From an uncultured Solirubrobacterales bacterium (GTDB taxonomy: Bacteria; Actinomycetota; Thermoleophilia; Solirubrobacterales; Solirubrobacteraceae): 64,000 nucleotides of DNA. Below are positions 28,022 through 37,908 of the stretch, piece after piece. The stretch is from assembly GCA_963742025.1 (NCBI GenBank), contig CAVUKF010000001.1:2987-66986 (forward strand), read 5' to 3'. How positions within the stretch are numbered: the stretch's first letter is position 1; every line of letters begins with the position of its first letter. The notes below the pieces were generated by a model. The model was not told the origin of the DNA, ran no database searches, and was given only the letters and a program-made list of their open reading frames with translations. A program made the translations under genes and the position numbers.

Positions 28022-28546
28022 ATGACCACCGACGCTTACGCCACCATGCCCAGTCCCGTTGGTGAACTGCTGCTGACCGCCTCGCCGGCCGGCATCACCG
28101 GCGTGTTTCTGCCCGGGGAGCATCGTGAACCAGAGCCGGACTGGGAGCTTGCCCCCGCGCGGTTCGCAAGCTGCCGCAGGCAGCTGGACGAATACTTCAA
28201 AGGCGGCCGCCTGACGTTCTCCCTGGCGCTCGCAGCCCCGGGCACGGCGTTTCAACAGCGGGTCTGGAAAGAGCTCGTCGAGGTCAGATACGGAACGACG
28301 ATCTCCTACACCGAGCTGGCCCAGCGAATCGGTCGGCCCAATTCACAACGCGCCGTCGGCGGCGCCAACGCCCGCAATCCGATTTGCATCATCGTTCCCT
28401 GCCATCGCGTCGTCGGCGCCGGCGGCGCACTCACCGGCTACAGCGCCGGCGTCGATGCCAAGAGATGGCTGCTCGACTTCGAGCGGGCAACTGCGCCGGA
28501 GAAAGCCGAGCACCGAGACCCGGTTCTCACGCTCGCCGGCTCGTGA
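28022..28546 (+). CDS. ogt: methylated-DNA-protein-cysteine S-methyltransferase
   Basis: SPVGEL, GTAFQ.RVW, RAVGGANARNP, PCHRV active site. Confidence 0.95.
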   Translation: MTTDAYATMPSPVGELLLTASPAGITGVFLPGEHREPEPDWELAPARFASCRRQLDEYFKGGRLTFSLALAAPGTAFQQRVWKELVEVRYGTTISYTELAQRIGRPNSQRAVGGANARNPICIIVPCHRVVGAGGALTGYSAGVDAKRWLLDFERATAPEKAEHRDPVLTLAGS

Positions 28547-28548
28547 TC

Positions 28549-29664
28549 TCAGGCTGCACGCTCGTAGTGTTTCAGTGCGGCCAGCAGCCGCTCGCCTGAA
28601 AGCCCGTGGGCGGTGACGCCGTCGCGGCCGACCATCGTGTCCGCCGCCAGGATCGCGTTCACGATCGCCTCCTCAGTGCACTCGACCACCGCATCGAACA
28701 GCCCCGTGATGTAGGCGTCAGACAGCATCTCAAGCGACGCGGTCAGCGGCGCCCGGGCGCCAAGCTCGCCCGTTGTCATGCCCCGGTTGCCGGTCGCGAA
28801 GCAGAAGAACAGGTCTCCGCTGGTGTGCTCTCCGACACCGCCCGTACGGGCGACCCCGAGGCCCGCCCGCTGCGCCAGCCGGTTGCACTGCATCGGCAGC
28901 AGTGGAGCATCGGTCGCGACGATCACGATGATCGAACCCGATCCCTCCGCAAGGCTCGGATCGGTCGGCGTTGGAATCTCACCGGGGCCGATCTCTCTTC
29001 CGACCGGCGCGCCGTTGACCGCAAAGCGCTCGCGACGGCCATGGTTGGCCTGCACCAGCACCCCGACCGTGTAGCCGCCCTCGGCGCGCGGCCGGACTCG
29101 TGAGGCTGTGCCGATCCCTCCCTTGAAGCCGTGGCAGATCATCCCGGTGCCGCTGCCGACGCTGCCCTCCGTCACCCGGCCGTCACCGGCCGTGTCGATT
29201 GCCTCGTGGACATGCTCGGGCCGGACGTGGAAGCCGTTCAGATCATTGAGCAATCCATCCCAGGTTTCGCCCACGACCGGCAGGCTCCAGTAGTGCCCTG
29301 CATCGCGCCCCCGCTGCTCGAACTCGTGCGCGATCAGCGTGTCGCGGACGACCCCGACACTGTGGGTGTTGGTCAGGCCGATCGCGCTCGTCAGCATCCC
29401 GGACTCGCGAACCCATTCGAGTCCCGTCAGTTCGCCGTTGCCGTTGAGGCGATGACAGCCGGCGAACAGCGGGCTCTCCCAGATCGATCCCGGCGGCAGG
29501 ACCACCGTCACACCCGTCCGGATCGGACCGGTGCCGACCCTGAGCGGACCATCGCCCTCGATCAGGGTCGTGTGTCCCACGCGGACGCCACGGACGTCGG
29601 TGATCGCGTTCAGGCGGCCCGGCGTTCCCCCGCCGATCACGATCCCACATTCGCGAGCGCGCAT
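28549..29664 (-). CDS. DmpA/P1 (S58) aminopeptidase family
   Basis: NAITDV.GV.VGH, NGNGELTG, TNTHSVG, PVVGET.DG.LND, G|SIIV autocleavage site, SGD. Confidence 0.92.
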   Translation of the reverse strand: MRARECGIVIGGGTPGRLNAITDVRGVRVGHTTLIEGDGPLRVGTGPIRTGVTVVLPPGSIWESPLFAGCHRLNGNGELTGLEWVRESGMLTSAIGLTNTHSVGVVRDTLIAHEFEQRGRDAGHYWSLPVVGETWDGLLNDLNGFHVRPEHVHEAIDTAGDGRVTEGSVGSGTGMICHGFKGGIGTASRVRPRAEGGYTVGVLVQANHGRRERFAVNGAPVGREIGPGEIPTPTDPSLAEGSGSIIVIVATDAPLLPMQCNRLAQRAGLGVARTGGVGEHTSGDLFFCFATGNRGMTTGELGARAPLTASLEMLSDAYITGLFDAVVECTEEAIVNAILAADTMVGRDGVTAHGLSGERLLAALKHYERAA

Positions 29665-30363
29665 CTACCGAGCTCCCTGCGCGATCTCCAGGAACCGCCC
29701 GCAGAGATCGCGTCCCTCAGCGTTGGTCTGCGCGATCCTTTCGGACACAACGGCCGCGAGTTCCGTCAGATCGAGGTCTCCGTTGGCGGCGGGGGGGTTG
29801 CTCCTGGCCCAGTCCAGGACCGCCTCGCCCGTCACCTCTGGGTGCCACTGCAGGCCCCATGCCCGTTCGCCGACGCGGAACGCCTGCAGGCAGGCGGGGC
29901 TGCGGGCGAGCGCCACCGCCTCGGGCGGAAGCTCGAATGCGTAGGTGTGGGATTGGAACACGTCGAGCGTCCTGCGGCGGCCTGCGAACAGCGGGTCCTG
30001 CATTGCGGCCTCCGTGAGCTGCACCTGATTCCAGGCCCACTCGGCCCGATCGGCGGGGCCAACTGAGCCACCGGCGGCGCGGGCGAGCATCTGACCGCCG
30101 AGGCACACCCCGAGAATCGGAAGATCCCGCTCCAGTGCCTCACCAAGCAGGCCCAGCACCGGACGCAGCCAGGGATATTGCTCGTCCTCGTCCGCCTGCA
30201 CAGTGCCGCCGAAAGCCATCACGGCGTCGTATTCGGACAACGGTCGTGGCGGCGGTCCCTCGATTGCCAGCCAATGATCCAGTTCGTGCCCCCGTGAGGC
30301 AGCCTCATCCGCGAACACCCCGGGGTTGGACTGCGCGTGCTGAATTACGACGAGAATCCTCAT
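29665..30363 (-). CDS. class I glutamine amidotransferase-like protein
   Basis: LGVCLGGQML, QAFR.G..AWGLQWHPE. Confidence 0.88.
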   Translation of the reverse strand: MRILVVIQHAQSNPGVFADEAASRGHELDHWLAIEGPPPRPLSEYDAVMAFGGTVQADEDEQYPWLRPVLGLLGEALERDLPILGVCLGGQMLARAAGGSVGPADRAEWAWNQVQLTEAAMQDPLFAGRRRTLDVFQSHTYAFELPPEAVALARSPACLQAFRVGERAWGLQWHPEVTGEAVLDWARSNPPAANGDLDLTELAAVVSERIAQTNAEGRDLCGRFLEIAQGAR

Positions 30364-30394
30364 GTGCTGGACGAGCTCGCATCATAATCGCCTG

Positions 30395-32128
30395 ATGGGT
30401 GTCGGGCGTCTCATCTTCGGCTCTCGCGGCGTCGTCGCGGATCAGTTCGCGGCCGAGCCCGACGGCGTTGAGCTCTACCACCGGACCTACACGACACTGC
30501 TGCGCTCGACCGGGGAAACGCACCTCCGAGTCCTCGAGAGCTCGCACCGCGCGATGCGCTCCAGCCTGCACCCGATGGCAGCCGAAGTACAGCTGGATCT
30601 CGGTGCGTTCCTTTACGCCCTGCGCCGACTCCCGGACGGGATCCTCGGTGCGGAGCTCGTCCTGCTCGGCCAGGATCACGACGTGTTCGCCGCGTCCGGC
30701 ATCGACCTGTCGGGCTGGCAGGAGGCGGAGGCCGTCGCGCGCCGGCGTCACTGGTACGTCAGCGGGACCGGGATGCTCGCGGTGCTGCTTGCAAGCGCGT
30801 CCGATGTCGACGACCTCCTGCCGACGCTCGTTGCGCTTCAGATCGAATGGAACAAGTTGAACGCGCTGCTACGGACCTCGGGGCGCAGCGAGCCGCCGAC
30901 GGATCCGGTGGACTGCGCTGCGCGGCTCGGCGGCAGCGCCGAGGACTGGTCGGCGCTCGCGGAGGCCTGGGGCGCCGACTTCGGGGCGCGCCTGCGGGCC
31001 GTCGCGGATCGCAAGCTCGACATCCGGATCCGGATGCTCGGCGGCACCCACATCGGCTACGCCCGGCTGACCCGCAAGTGGTGGGCGCCCGCCCATGCCT
31101 ACCTGGTGGACGAGGACCTCGGGCATCGCCGGACATACTTCGTCTCCTCCAACACGCACTCGCTCGCGAACCTGGTCACCGGCATTGCCCGCGAGCGCGA
31201 GGGGGAGCTGATCCGGTTCGTCGAACGCGACGGTCCCGATGAGCTGCGTGAGGAGCTCAGAGCGTTTCGTGACGGGGAAACCGCCGGATCGTGGGAGAAC
31301 TTCCTGTACTTCGTCGCGCGCGACTACTTCGACATCACCGAACAGCGCAGCGCCGAGCGCCGCCGGGCCGAGCGGGCCGCCGGTGTCACCCACCTTCCCG
31401 CGCGCACCTCGCTGCGGGTGCCTGTGCAGATCATCCCGCTCGAGCGTGTGCAGCCCGAGCGGATGGATCCGCGCCTCGGCAGGGTCGACGGCGCCGACCT
31501 GCGCGCCAGCAGCGCCGTGATCGTCAACATCGATTACCCGCTCGGCCTTGCCGCGTACAACATCCTGCGCGAGGTGGCGATCGACGTCGAGAACCTGAAG
31601 GGCGTGTACCTGCTCGGGAAGGCGGCGACGCTCAACGCGGATGTCGGCGATGTGATGATCTCCAACGTCGTCTATGACGAGCACTCGAGCTCAACCTTCT
31701 GGCTCGACAATGCCTTCCGCGTCGACGACATCCAGCCGGATCTCCGCTTCGGCACCGGACTCGACAACCAGCGCGCGGTGACGGTGCGCTCGACCTTTCT
31801 ACAGAATCGGAGCTACCTCGACGTCTACTACCGAGAGGCGTTCACGGTGATCGAGATGGAGGCCGGACCCTATTGCAGCGCGATCTACGAGATCGCCGAT
31901 CTCGAGCGCCATCCGGTTGGCGAGGCTGTCAACTTCGCGAAGCTGCCGATCGACTTCGGCGTCATCCACTACGCGTCGGACACGCCGTTCACCCAGGCAC
32001 GAACCCTGGGTGCGCGTGGTCTCAGCTACTTCGGGATGGACTCCACCTACGCCGCCTCGCTCGCGATTCTGCGGCGCATCTTCATGCTCGAGGGCATCGA
32101 GCATGGCTCACCCTCACCCTCAGCTTGA
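30395..32128 (+). CDS. uncharacterised protein with a C-terminal nucleoside-phosphorylase-like fold
   Basis: CATAAT -10 six bases before ATG 30395; LLGKAATLN..GDVMIS, IEMEAGP, YASD motifs. Confidence 0.7.
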   Translation: MGVGRLIFGSRGVVADQFAAEPDGVELYHRTYTTLLRSTGETHLRVLESSHRAMRSSLHPMAAEVQLDLGAFLYALRRLPDGILGAELVLLGQDHDVFAASGIDLSGWQEAEAVARRRHWYVSGTGMLAVLLASASDVDDLLPTLVALQIEWNKLNALLRTSGRSEPPTDPVDCAARLGGSAEDWSALAEAWGADFGARLRAVADRKLDIRIRMLGGTHIGYARLTRKWWAPAHAYLVDEDLGHRRTYFVSSNTHSLANLVTGIAREREGELIRFVERDGPDELREELRAFRDGETAGSWENFLYFVARDYFDITEQRSAERRRAERAAGVTHLPARTSLRVPVQIIPLERVQPERMDPRLGRVDGADLRASSAVIVNIDYPLGLAAYNILREVAIDVENLKGVYLLGKAATLNADVGDVMISNVVYDEHSSSTFWLDNAFRVDDIQPDLRFGTGLDNQRAVTVRSTFLQNRSYLDVYYREAFTVIEMEAGPYCSAIYEIADLERHPVGEAVNFAKLPIDFGVIHYASDTPFTQARTLGARGLSYFGMDSTYAASLAILRRIFMLEGIEHGSPSPSA

Positions 32129-33529
32129 GGTGCGCGCAGCGCGCGACGCGCGGGCGGCATCGCCGAGCAGCGCCACCCCGCGCTCGATCGCCGGGTCTGC
32201 CATCTGCGCGTGACCGAGCAGCAGGGCGGGAGGGCAGTCCCCGAGGTAGCTGTGCAGTGACAGGCCCTCGACGCCGACACCGTGGCGGGCGGCGGCCGCG
32301 AGCACGGCCGCCTCGTCGTCGGTGGCCGGCAACTCGACGAGCACATGCAGGCCGCCGGCCGATGGTCGAGCACGCCACTCGGGGAGTTGACGCGACATGG
32401 CGCCCAGCAGCGTCTGACGGCGTTGGGCGTAGAGCAGCCGCATCCGCCGAAGGTGCCGCTCGAGCTCGCCGCGCGCGATGAAGTCAGCGAGTGCAAGTTG
32501 GCCGGCGATCTCCGAGCCGGCGTCCTCGATCGCCTTGGCGCTGATCAGCGCCCAGGACAGCCATGACGGCGGGATCATCCACCCGAGACGCATGCCGGGC
32601 ACCAGCCGCTTGCTCGCCGAACCGATGTAGAGAACGCGATCCGGGGCGAGCCCCTGCAGAGCGCCGACGCGGTCGCGACAGAGCTCGGCGTCGTAGTCGT
32701 CCTCGATGATCAGCCGGTCGCCACGCTCGGCCCATTCGATCAGCGCCGCTCGCCGCTCGGCGTTCAACACGACGCCCGTCGGGAACTGGTGGGTGGCCGT
32801 GACGACGACGGCGTCGGCGCCGCTGCGGATCAGAGCGTCGATCTCGATGCCGTCGGCGTCGACCGGGATCGGCGTGACCGCGAGCCCGGCCTCCTCGACG
32901 ATCAGGCGCTGCGCGTGCCAGCCCGGATCCTCCAACGCGACGTGCTCGATGCCGTGTCCACGCAGCCAGCGGCAGGTGAGCGACAGTCCCTGGCGGAAGC
33001 CGTTGCAGACAAGCAGATGCTCGGCATCGGCAACCACGCCCCGGACGCGAGCGAGGTAGTCGGCCAGTGCCTCACGCAGCTCTCTGACCCCACGCGGATC
33101 GCCGTAGCCGATCGCATCATGCGGCGCCTCGCGCCACGCGGTCCGGAGCGAGCGCAGCCAACGGTCGCCCGGGAATGCGGCCAGGTCAGGCACCCCTGGA
33201 GCGAAGTCGTAGGCGTAGCGCGGCACCAGCGCCGGTGCCTGCGGCGGTGAGCTCTGCGCTCGCACGCCGCGCGCGACCCGGTTGGGCGCCCCCTGGCGCG
33301 TGTCAAGGTAGCCCTCGGCGGCGAGCTGTGCGAAAGCGCTCGTCACGACCCCACGCGAGATCCCGAGCTCGGCGGCCAGGCCGCGACTGGACGGCAGCCG
33401 CGCCCCGGCGCGGAGTCGTCCGTCACGGATGGCGCCACGCAGCTCGCGCTCGAGCTGCTCGTGCAGCGGAAGGTCGCCGTCGCGGTCAAGCGGCACCAGC
33501 AGGCCAACTGGCCCTTTAGAAGGTCCCAT
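32120..33529 (-). CDS. MocR/PdxR-family regulator (GntR HTH + PLP aminotransferase domain)
   Basis: RLPSSR.LA..LG.SR, PG.PD...FP, YGDPRG, THQFPTG, IEDDYD, GSASK, R.GW. Confidence 0.93.
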   Translation of the reverse strand: MGPSKGPVGLLVPLDRDGDLPLHEQLERELRGAIRDGRLRAGARLPSSRGLAAELGISRGVVTSAFAQLAAEGYLDTRQGAPNRVARGVRAQSSPPQAPALVPRYAYDFAPGVPDLAAFPGDRWLRSLRTAWREAPHDAIGYGDPRGVRELREALADYLARVRGVVADAEHLLVCNGFRQGLSLTCRWLRGHGIEHVALEDPGWHAQRLIVEEAGLAVTPIPVDADGIEIDALIRSGADAVVVTATHQFPTGVVLNAERRAALIEWAERGDRLIIEDDYDAELCRDRVGALQGLAPDRVLYIGSASKRLVPGMRLGWMIPPSWLSWALISAKAIEDAGSEIAGQLALADFIARGELERHLRRMRLLYAQRRQTLLGAMSRQLPEWRARPSAGGLHVLVELPATDDEAAVLAAAARHGVGVEGLSLHSYLGDCPPALLLGHAQMADPAIERGVALLGDAARASRAARTSS

Positions 33530-33567
33530 AACTGGAACTGTACGCGAGTCCAGTTGAGAGCTACGGT
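33506..33567. promoter_or_regulatory. MocR-type operator and leaderless -10
   Basis: AACTGG at 33506 and 33530, inverted CCAGTT at 33550; TACGGT six bases before ATG 33574. Confidence 0.55.
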
Positions 33568-33573
33568 GCTGCC

Positions 33574-34734
33574 ATGTCCAACATCACCATCATCGGAGGA
33601 GGGCTCGCGGGACTGACCGCGGCGATCGCCTGCGCCGAGCGCGGCGCCGGCGTCCGGGTGTTCGAGGCGCATGATCAGCTCGGTGGTCGCGCTCGCAGCA
33701 CCGACGGTCCATACAAGGCGAACCTCGGGCCCCACGCGATCTACAGGGGCGGCCCGCTTTGGGACTGGCTCAGTGAGCGTCACCTGATGCCGCCGCTGGC
33801 AAGGCCGCGGTTGACCGGCTATCGCTTCCACTACGAACAGGCGATCCACCGCACCCCGCCGATCACCCTGATTCCGCCAGGGCTGCGCTTGCGGGGGCGG
33901 CTGGCACCGGTCGACCAGGACTTCCGCTCCTGGGTGACCGACCACAGCGACTCGCGCACGGCCGACATGCTGTCCTGCGCGGCCGGCGTGTACACCTTCC
34001 ACCACGACCCCGGCGAGCTGTCGGCGGCCTTCGTCTGGGAGCGCAGCCAGCGACTGTTGCTGAGTGCCACTCCGCCGGTGCGGTTCATCGTCGGCGGCTG
34101 GGGCAGCCTGATCGACGCCCTGGAGCGCCGCGCCAGATCATTGGGGGTGACGATCGTGACCGGCGAGCGCGTCGACGCGGTTCCGGTCAGCCCGGTGATC
34201 GTTGCGCTCGAGCTGACCGACGCGCGGCGGCTCCTGAACGATCAGAGCCTGCAGTGGCTCAGCGGCAGCACCGTGTGCCTGGACCTCGGTCTGCGTGAGG
34301 AGCGCGGCGATCCGTGGATCATCTCCGACCTCGCGAGTGCCGGCTGGGCGGAGCGCTACAACGCGCAGGACGCCTCGCTTGCGCCCGCGGGGGAACAGCT
34401 GATCCAGGCCCAGATGCCGATCCGTCCAGGCGAGAGCGCCGATCACGCCGGCGAGCGACTGGAGCGGATGCTCGACCTCTCCTTCGAGGAGTGGCGCGAG
34501 CGTGTCACCTGGCGCAGGCGCCAGGTGATGGACGGCCGCAGCGGTGCGCTGGACCTGCCGGGCAGCACCTGGCGTGAGCGGCCGTCGGTCGATCGCGGGG
34601 ATGGTGTCTTTTTATGCGGCGACCAGGTTGCGGCTCATGGCTGTCTCGCGGAGGTCTCGATCGCCAGCGCGATCGAGGCCGGCACGCTCGCAGTCGAGTA
34701 CGCCAGACGCAACGCTCTTCGGCGCGTCGCGTGA
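33574..34734 (+). CDS. FAD-dependent oxidoreductase (phytoene desaturase/amine oxidase-like)
   Basis: IIGGGLAGL..A...EA...LGGRARS, NLGPHA, GGW, FLCGD. Confidence 0.85.
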   Translation: MSNITIIGGGLAGLTAAIACAERGAGVRVFEAHDQLGGRARSTDGPYKANLGPHAIYRGGPLWDWLSERHLMPPLARPRLTGYRFHYEQAIHRTPPITLIPPGLRLRGRLAPVDQDFRSWVTDHSDSRTADMLSCAAGVYTFHHDPGELSAAFVWERSQRLLLSATPPVRFIVGGWGSLIDALERRARSLGVTIVTGERVDAVPVSPVIVALELTDARRLLNDQSLQWLSGSTVCLDLGLREERGDPWIISDLASAGWAERYNAQDASLAPAGEQLIQAQMPIRPGESADHAGERLERMLDLSFEEWRERVTWRRRQVMDGRSGALDLPGSTWRERPSVDRGDGVFLCGDQVAAHGCLAEVSIASAIEAGTLAVEYARRNALRRVA

Positions 34735-34800
34735 AGACCTGAGCGTCACCCGCTCGGCGCCGGGCCGGCGAGCCCGGTGCCGGGCAGACAGGTTCCACAC

Positions 34801-34829
34801 TTGACGATCCTCGCCTAGTCATCTAAAGT
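34801..34829 (+). promoter_or_regulatory. sigma70-type promoter of the YtrA-ABC operon
   Basis: TTGACG-17 bp-TAAAGT. Confidence 0.65.
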
Positions 34830-34857
34830 GCTATGAGACTAGTTCTATGGAGGATCT

Positions 34858-35250
34858 GTGATCGAGTTCCACCTCGACTCTCGCTCCGGCGTTTCGCCGT
34901 ACATGCAGATCGTTCAGCAGGTTCGCCACGCTCTGCGTCTCGGCCTGCTGCGCGAGGGCGACCAGCTGCCGACGGTCAAGGAGGTCGTCGCGCGGCTCGC
35001 GATCAACCCGAACACCGTGCTGAAGGCCTACCGCGAGCTCGAGCACGCCGGCCTGGTCGCCGCGCGACCCGGCGTCGGCACGTTCGTCACCGGCTCGCTC
35101 GCCGATCCCTCGATCGCCGCGCACGGGCCGTTGCGCCGCGAGCTGCGCGGCTGGATCGTCAAGGCGCGGCGCGCGGGCCTTGACGAGGAGTCGATCGAGG
35201 CGCTGTTTCGCGACGCTGTTCGCTCCGCCCGCATCGAGGGGGTAGCGTGA
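34858..35250 (+). CDS. GntR (YtrA subfamily) regulator
   Basis: PYMQIV.Q, QLPTV, INPNTV.KAYRELE, G.GTFV; short C-terminus. Confidence 0.92.
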   Translation: MIEFHLDSRSGVSPYMQIVQQVRHALRLGLLREGDQLPTVKEVVARLAINPNTVLKAYRELEHAGLVAARPGVGTFVTGSLADPSIAAHGPLRRELRGWIVKARRAGLDEESIEALFRDAVRSARIEGVA

Positions 35251-36131
35251 GCGTCGCGCTGGCGACGCGCGGCCTCGGCAAGCGCTACGGGCGCCGCTGG
35301 GCGCTCTCGGGCTGCACGCTCGAGGTCCCGGCCGGCCACGTCGCCGGTCTCGTCGGGCCCAACGGCGCCGGCAAGACGACGCTGCTGCATCTCGCGGTCG
35401 GCCTGATCGAACCGAGCGCGGGATCGATCGCCGTCCTCGGCGAGGAGGTCGCGGCAACGCCGGCGCAGCTCGCGCGCGTCGGCTTCGTCGCGCAGGAGAC
35501 GCCGCTGTACCCGTCGCTGTCGGTCGCCGACCATCTGCGCCTCGGCGCCGCGCTCAACCCGGGCTGGGACGCGGCGCTCGCGCAGGCGCGGATCGCGCGG
35601 CTCGGTCTCGACCGCGCGCAGCGCGCCGGCACGCTCTCCGGCGGACAGCGCGCGCAGCTCGCGCTGACGCTCGCGATCGCCAAGCGGCCCGAGCTGCTGG
35701 TGCTCGACGAGCCGGTCGCCGGCCTCGACCCGCTCGCGCGCCGCGAGTTCCTCCAGGGCCTGATGGAGTTCACGGCCGAGCACGCGGTGAGCGTCGTGCT
35801 CTCCTCGCACCTGGTCGCCGACCTCGAGCGCGTCTGCGACTACCTGATCCTGCTCGCCGAGGGTCGCGTCCAGCTCCGCGGCGAGGTCGACGAGCTGCTC
35901 GCCACCCACCGCCGGCTGAGCGGGCCGCGTCGCGACGGTGCGCGGCTGCCGGCAAGCCAGCAGGTGATCGAGGAGACCCACACCGATCGCCAGAGCACGC
36001 TGCTCGTCCGCACCGAGGAGCCGATCATCGACCCGGCCTGGAGCGTCGAGGAGGTCAGCCTCGAGGACATCGTCCTCGCCTACATGGGCCGCCCGGCAGA
36101 GGATGCCGCGCGGCCGAGGATCGGCCGATGA
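35247..36131 (+). CDS. ABC transporter ATP-binding protein
   Basis: GPNGAGKTT, LSGGQ, LVLDEP, SSH. Confidence 0.95.
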   Translation: MSVALATRGLGKRYGRRWALSGCTLEVPAGHVAGLVGPNGAGKTTLLHLAVGLIEPSAGSIAVLGEEVAATPAQLARVGFVAQETPLYPSLSVADHLRLGAALNPGWDAALAQARIARLGLDRAQRAGTLSGGQRAQLALTLAIAKRPELLVLDEPVAGLDPLARREFLQGLMEFTAEHAVSVVLSSHLVADLERVCDYLILLAEGRVQLRGEVDELLATHRRLSGPRRDGARLPASQQVIEETHTDRQSTLLVRTEEPIIDPAWSVEEVSLEDIVLAYMGRPAEDAARPRIGR

Positions 36132-37280
36132 TCTGGGTCGCCTGGCGCCAGTTCCGCACGCAGGCGCTCGTCACGCTCGGCCTGCTCGCTGCGTTCGCCG
36201 TGCTCGTGCTCGTGACGGGCCTGCACCTGCGCGACGTCTACAGCTCGCTCGGCGGCACGCACTGCGCTCGCACGCATCGACGGTTGTGCAGCGCTGAGCG
36301 CGCACGACAAGGTCCTGGCGGACCTGCTCGGCCCCGCGCTGCTCGCGGTCCCGGCGCTGCTCGGGATGTTCTGGGGCGCGCCGCTGCTCGCGCGCGAGCT
36401 CGAGAGCGGGACCTACCGCCTCGCCTGGACGCAGAGCGTCACGCGCCGGCGCTGGCTGTCGGTCAGGGTCGCGCTCGTCGGGCGTCGCCGCGCTCGGCGT
36501 CGCGGCCTCGCGAGCTGGCTCGTCAGCTGGTGGTTCGCGCCGCTCGACGCCGTCAACATGAATCGCTTCGACCCGAGCGTGTTCACCGCACGCGGGGTCG
36601 TCGCGATCGGCTACGCGGGCTTCGCGTTCGCGCTCGGCGTCGCGGCCGGCGCGGTGACGCGCCGCACGCTGCCGGCGATGGGGGTGACGCTGCTTCGGCT
36701 TCGTCGCAGTCCGGATCGTCTTCACGCTCTGGGTCCGACCGCACCTCCTCCCGGCCAAGGAGGTCCTGGTTTCCACAGCGCTGGGGAAAGGCGTCGGGTT
36801 CACCTCGAGCCCCTCGGGTGTCAGCGTCGTTGCGGCGCCACCCCCGATCGCCAACACCTGGACGACCTCGGCAACGCTTCTGGATCATGCCCACCATGCC
36901 GTCAGCACGGCGCAGCTGCACGATCTGCTGGTTCGCGTCTGCCCGAAGACTGCGACGGGCCAACTGCCGAGCTTCAAGGGTCTGGCGGGCAGCGGAGCCT
37001 GCCGTCCGCTGCCAGCGTCGCGCTGTCGCATCACCTGCGGCAGCTCGTCACCTACCAGCCGGCAAGCCACTACTGGCCGCTGCAGGCGCTCGAGACCGGA
37101 ATCTTCCTGCTCGCGGGGCTGGCGCTGATCTGTGCGACGGTCTGGCGCGTCGGGCGGCGCGCGGCGCCGCGGCCGGCAGCCGGCGAGCCGCGTGCGCCGA
37201 TTGCAGACGCGTCGGCCCCGGACCTCGCGCCGGACTTCGGCACCCCTCCCTCTCTGACGACTGACAGGAGTCGGCCATGA
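36128..37280 (+). pseudogene. ABC-2-type permease with several frameshifts (pseudogene or sequencing indels)
   Basis: MIWVAWRQFR, FWGAPLLARELESGT..LAWTQS and YQPASHYWPLQ..E lie in different frames; shifts near 36280, 36480-36505, 36695 and 37010. Confidence 0.8.
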
Positions 37281-37819
37281 TGCGCCACCGCTGTTCATCC
37301 ACCCTCACCACGCTCGTCGCCGGGATTGCCTTGTCGGTGCTTGTCTGCGCCTGTGGCGGCGGCTCCGCCACGAGTACGTCGACGGCCGCGAAACAGAGCA
37401 CAGCGCTCGCCTACTCACACTGCATGCACTCCCACGGCGTGCCGAACTTTCCCGACCCCGACAGCAGCGGACAGATCTTGAAGGAACAAGTGGCCGCCGC
37501 GGATCCCGGCAGCCCCCAGTTCAAGGCGGCCGGAACAGCCTGCGCACGGTTGGACCCATACGGTCCCCCGGACCAGAGCGCTGCGCAGGATCAGGCGCAC
37601 ACCGCCGCGCTGCTTGCATTCGCCCGTTGCATACGCAGCCACGGCTTCCCGACCTTCCCCGACCCGACCAGTGGCGGCCGGTTGACCCACGAGATGGTCG
37701 CCGGCGCGGGGATAAACCTGCATCAGCCGCGGGTGCTGCAGGCCGGCGACGCGTGCGCCGGCGTCACCCACGGCGTAATCACCAAGGCGATCGTGGCCCG
37801 TTTCGTCGCGGGACAGTGA
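37277..37819 (+). CDS. lipoprotein with a duplicated A(Y/F)xxC(M/I)xSHGxPxFPDP domain
   Basis: Lipobox-like VCAC|GGG; two internal repeats; ATGA-coupled to the permease. Confidence 0.75.
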   Translation: MMRHRCSSTLTTLVAGIALSVLVCACGGGSATSTSTAAKQSTALAYSHCMHSHGVPNFPDPDSSGQILKEQVAAADPGSPQFKAAGTACARLDPYGPPDQSAAQDQAHTAALLAFARCIRSHGFPTFPDPTSGGRLTHEMVAGAGINLHQPRVLQAGDACAGVTHGVITKAIVARFVAGQ

Positions 37820-37908
37820 GCAGCGGATTCGGGGGCGCATCGGGCCCGGGGCGCCATGGCGGTCGTATCCGTGCGGAAGCACGGCCCGCGGAATGAGATG
37901 ATGCCGCG

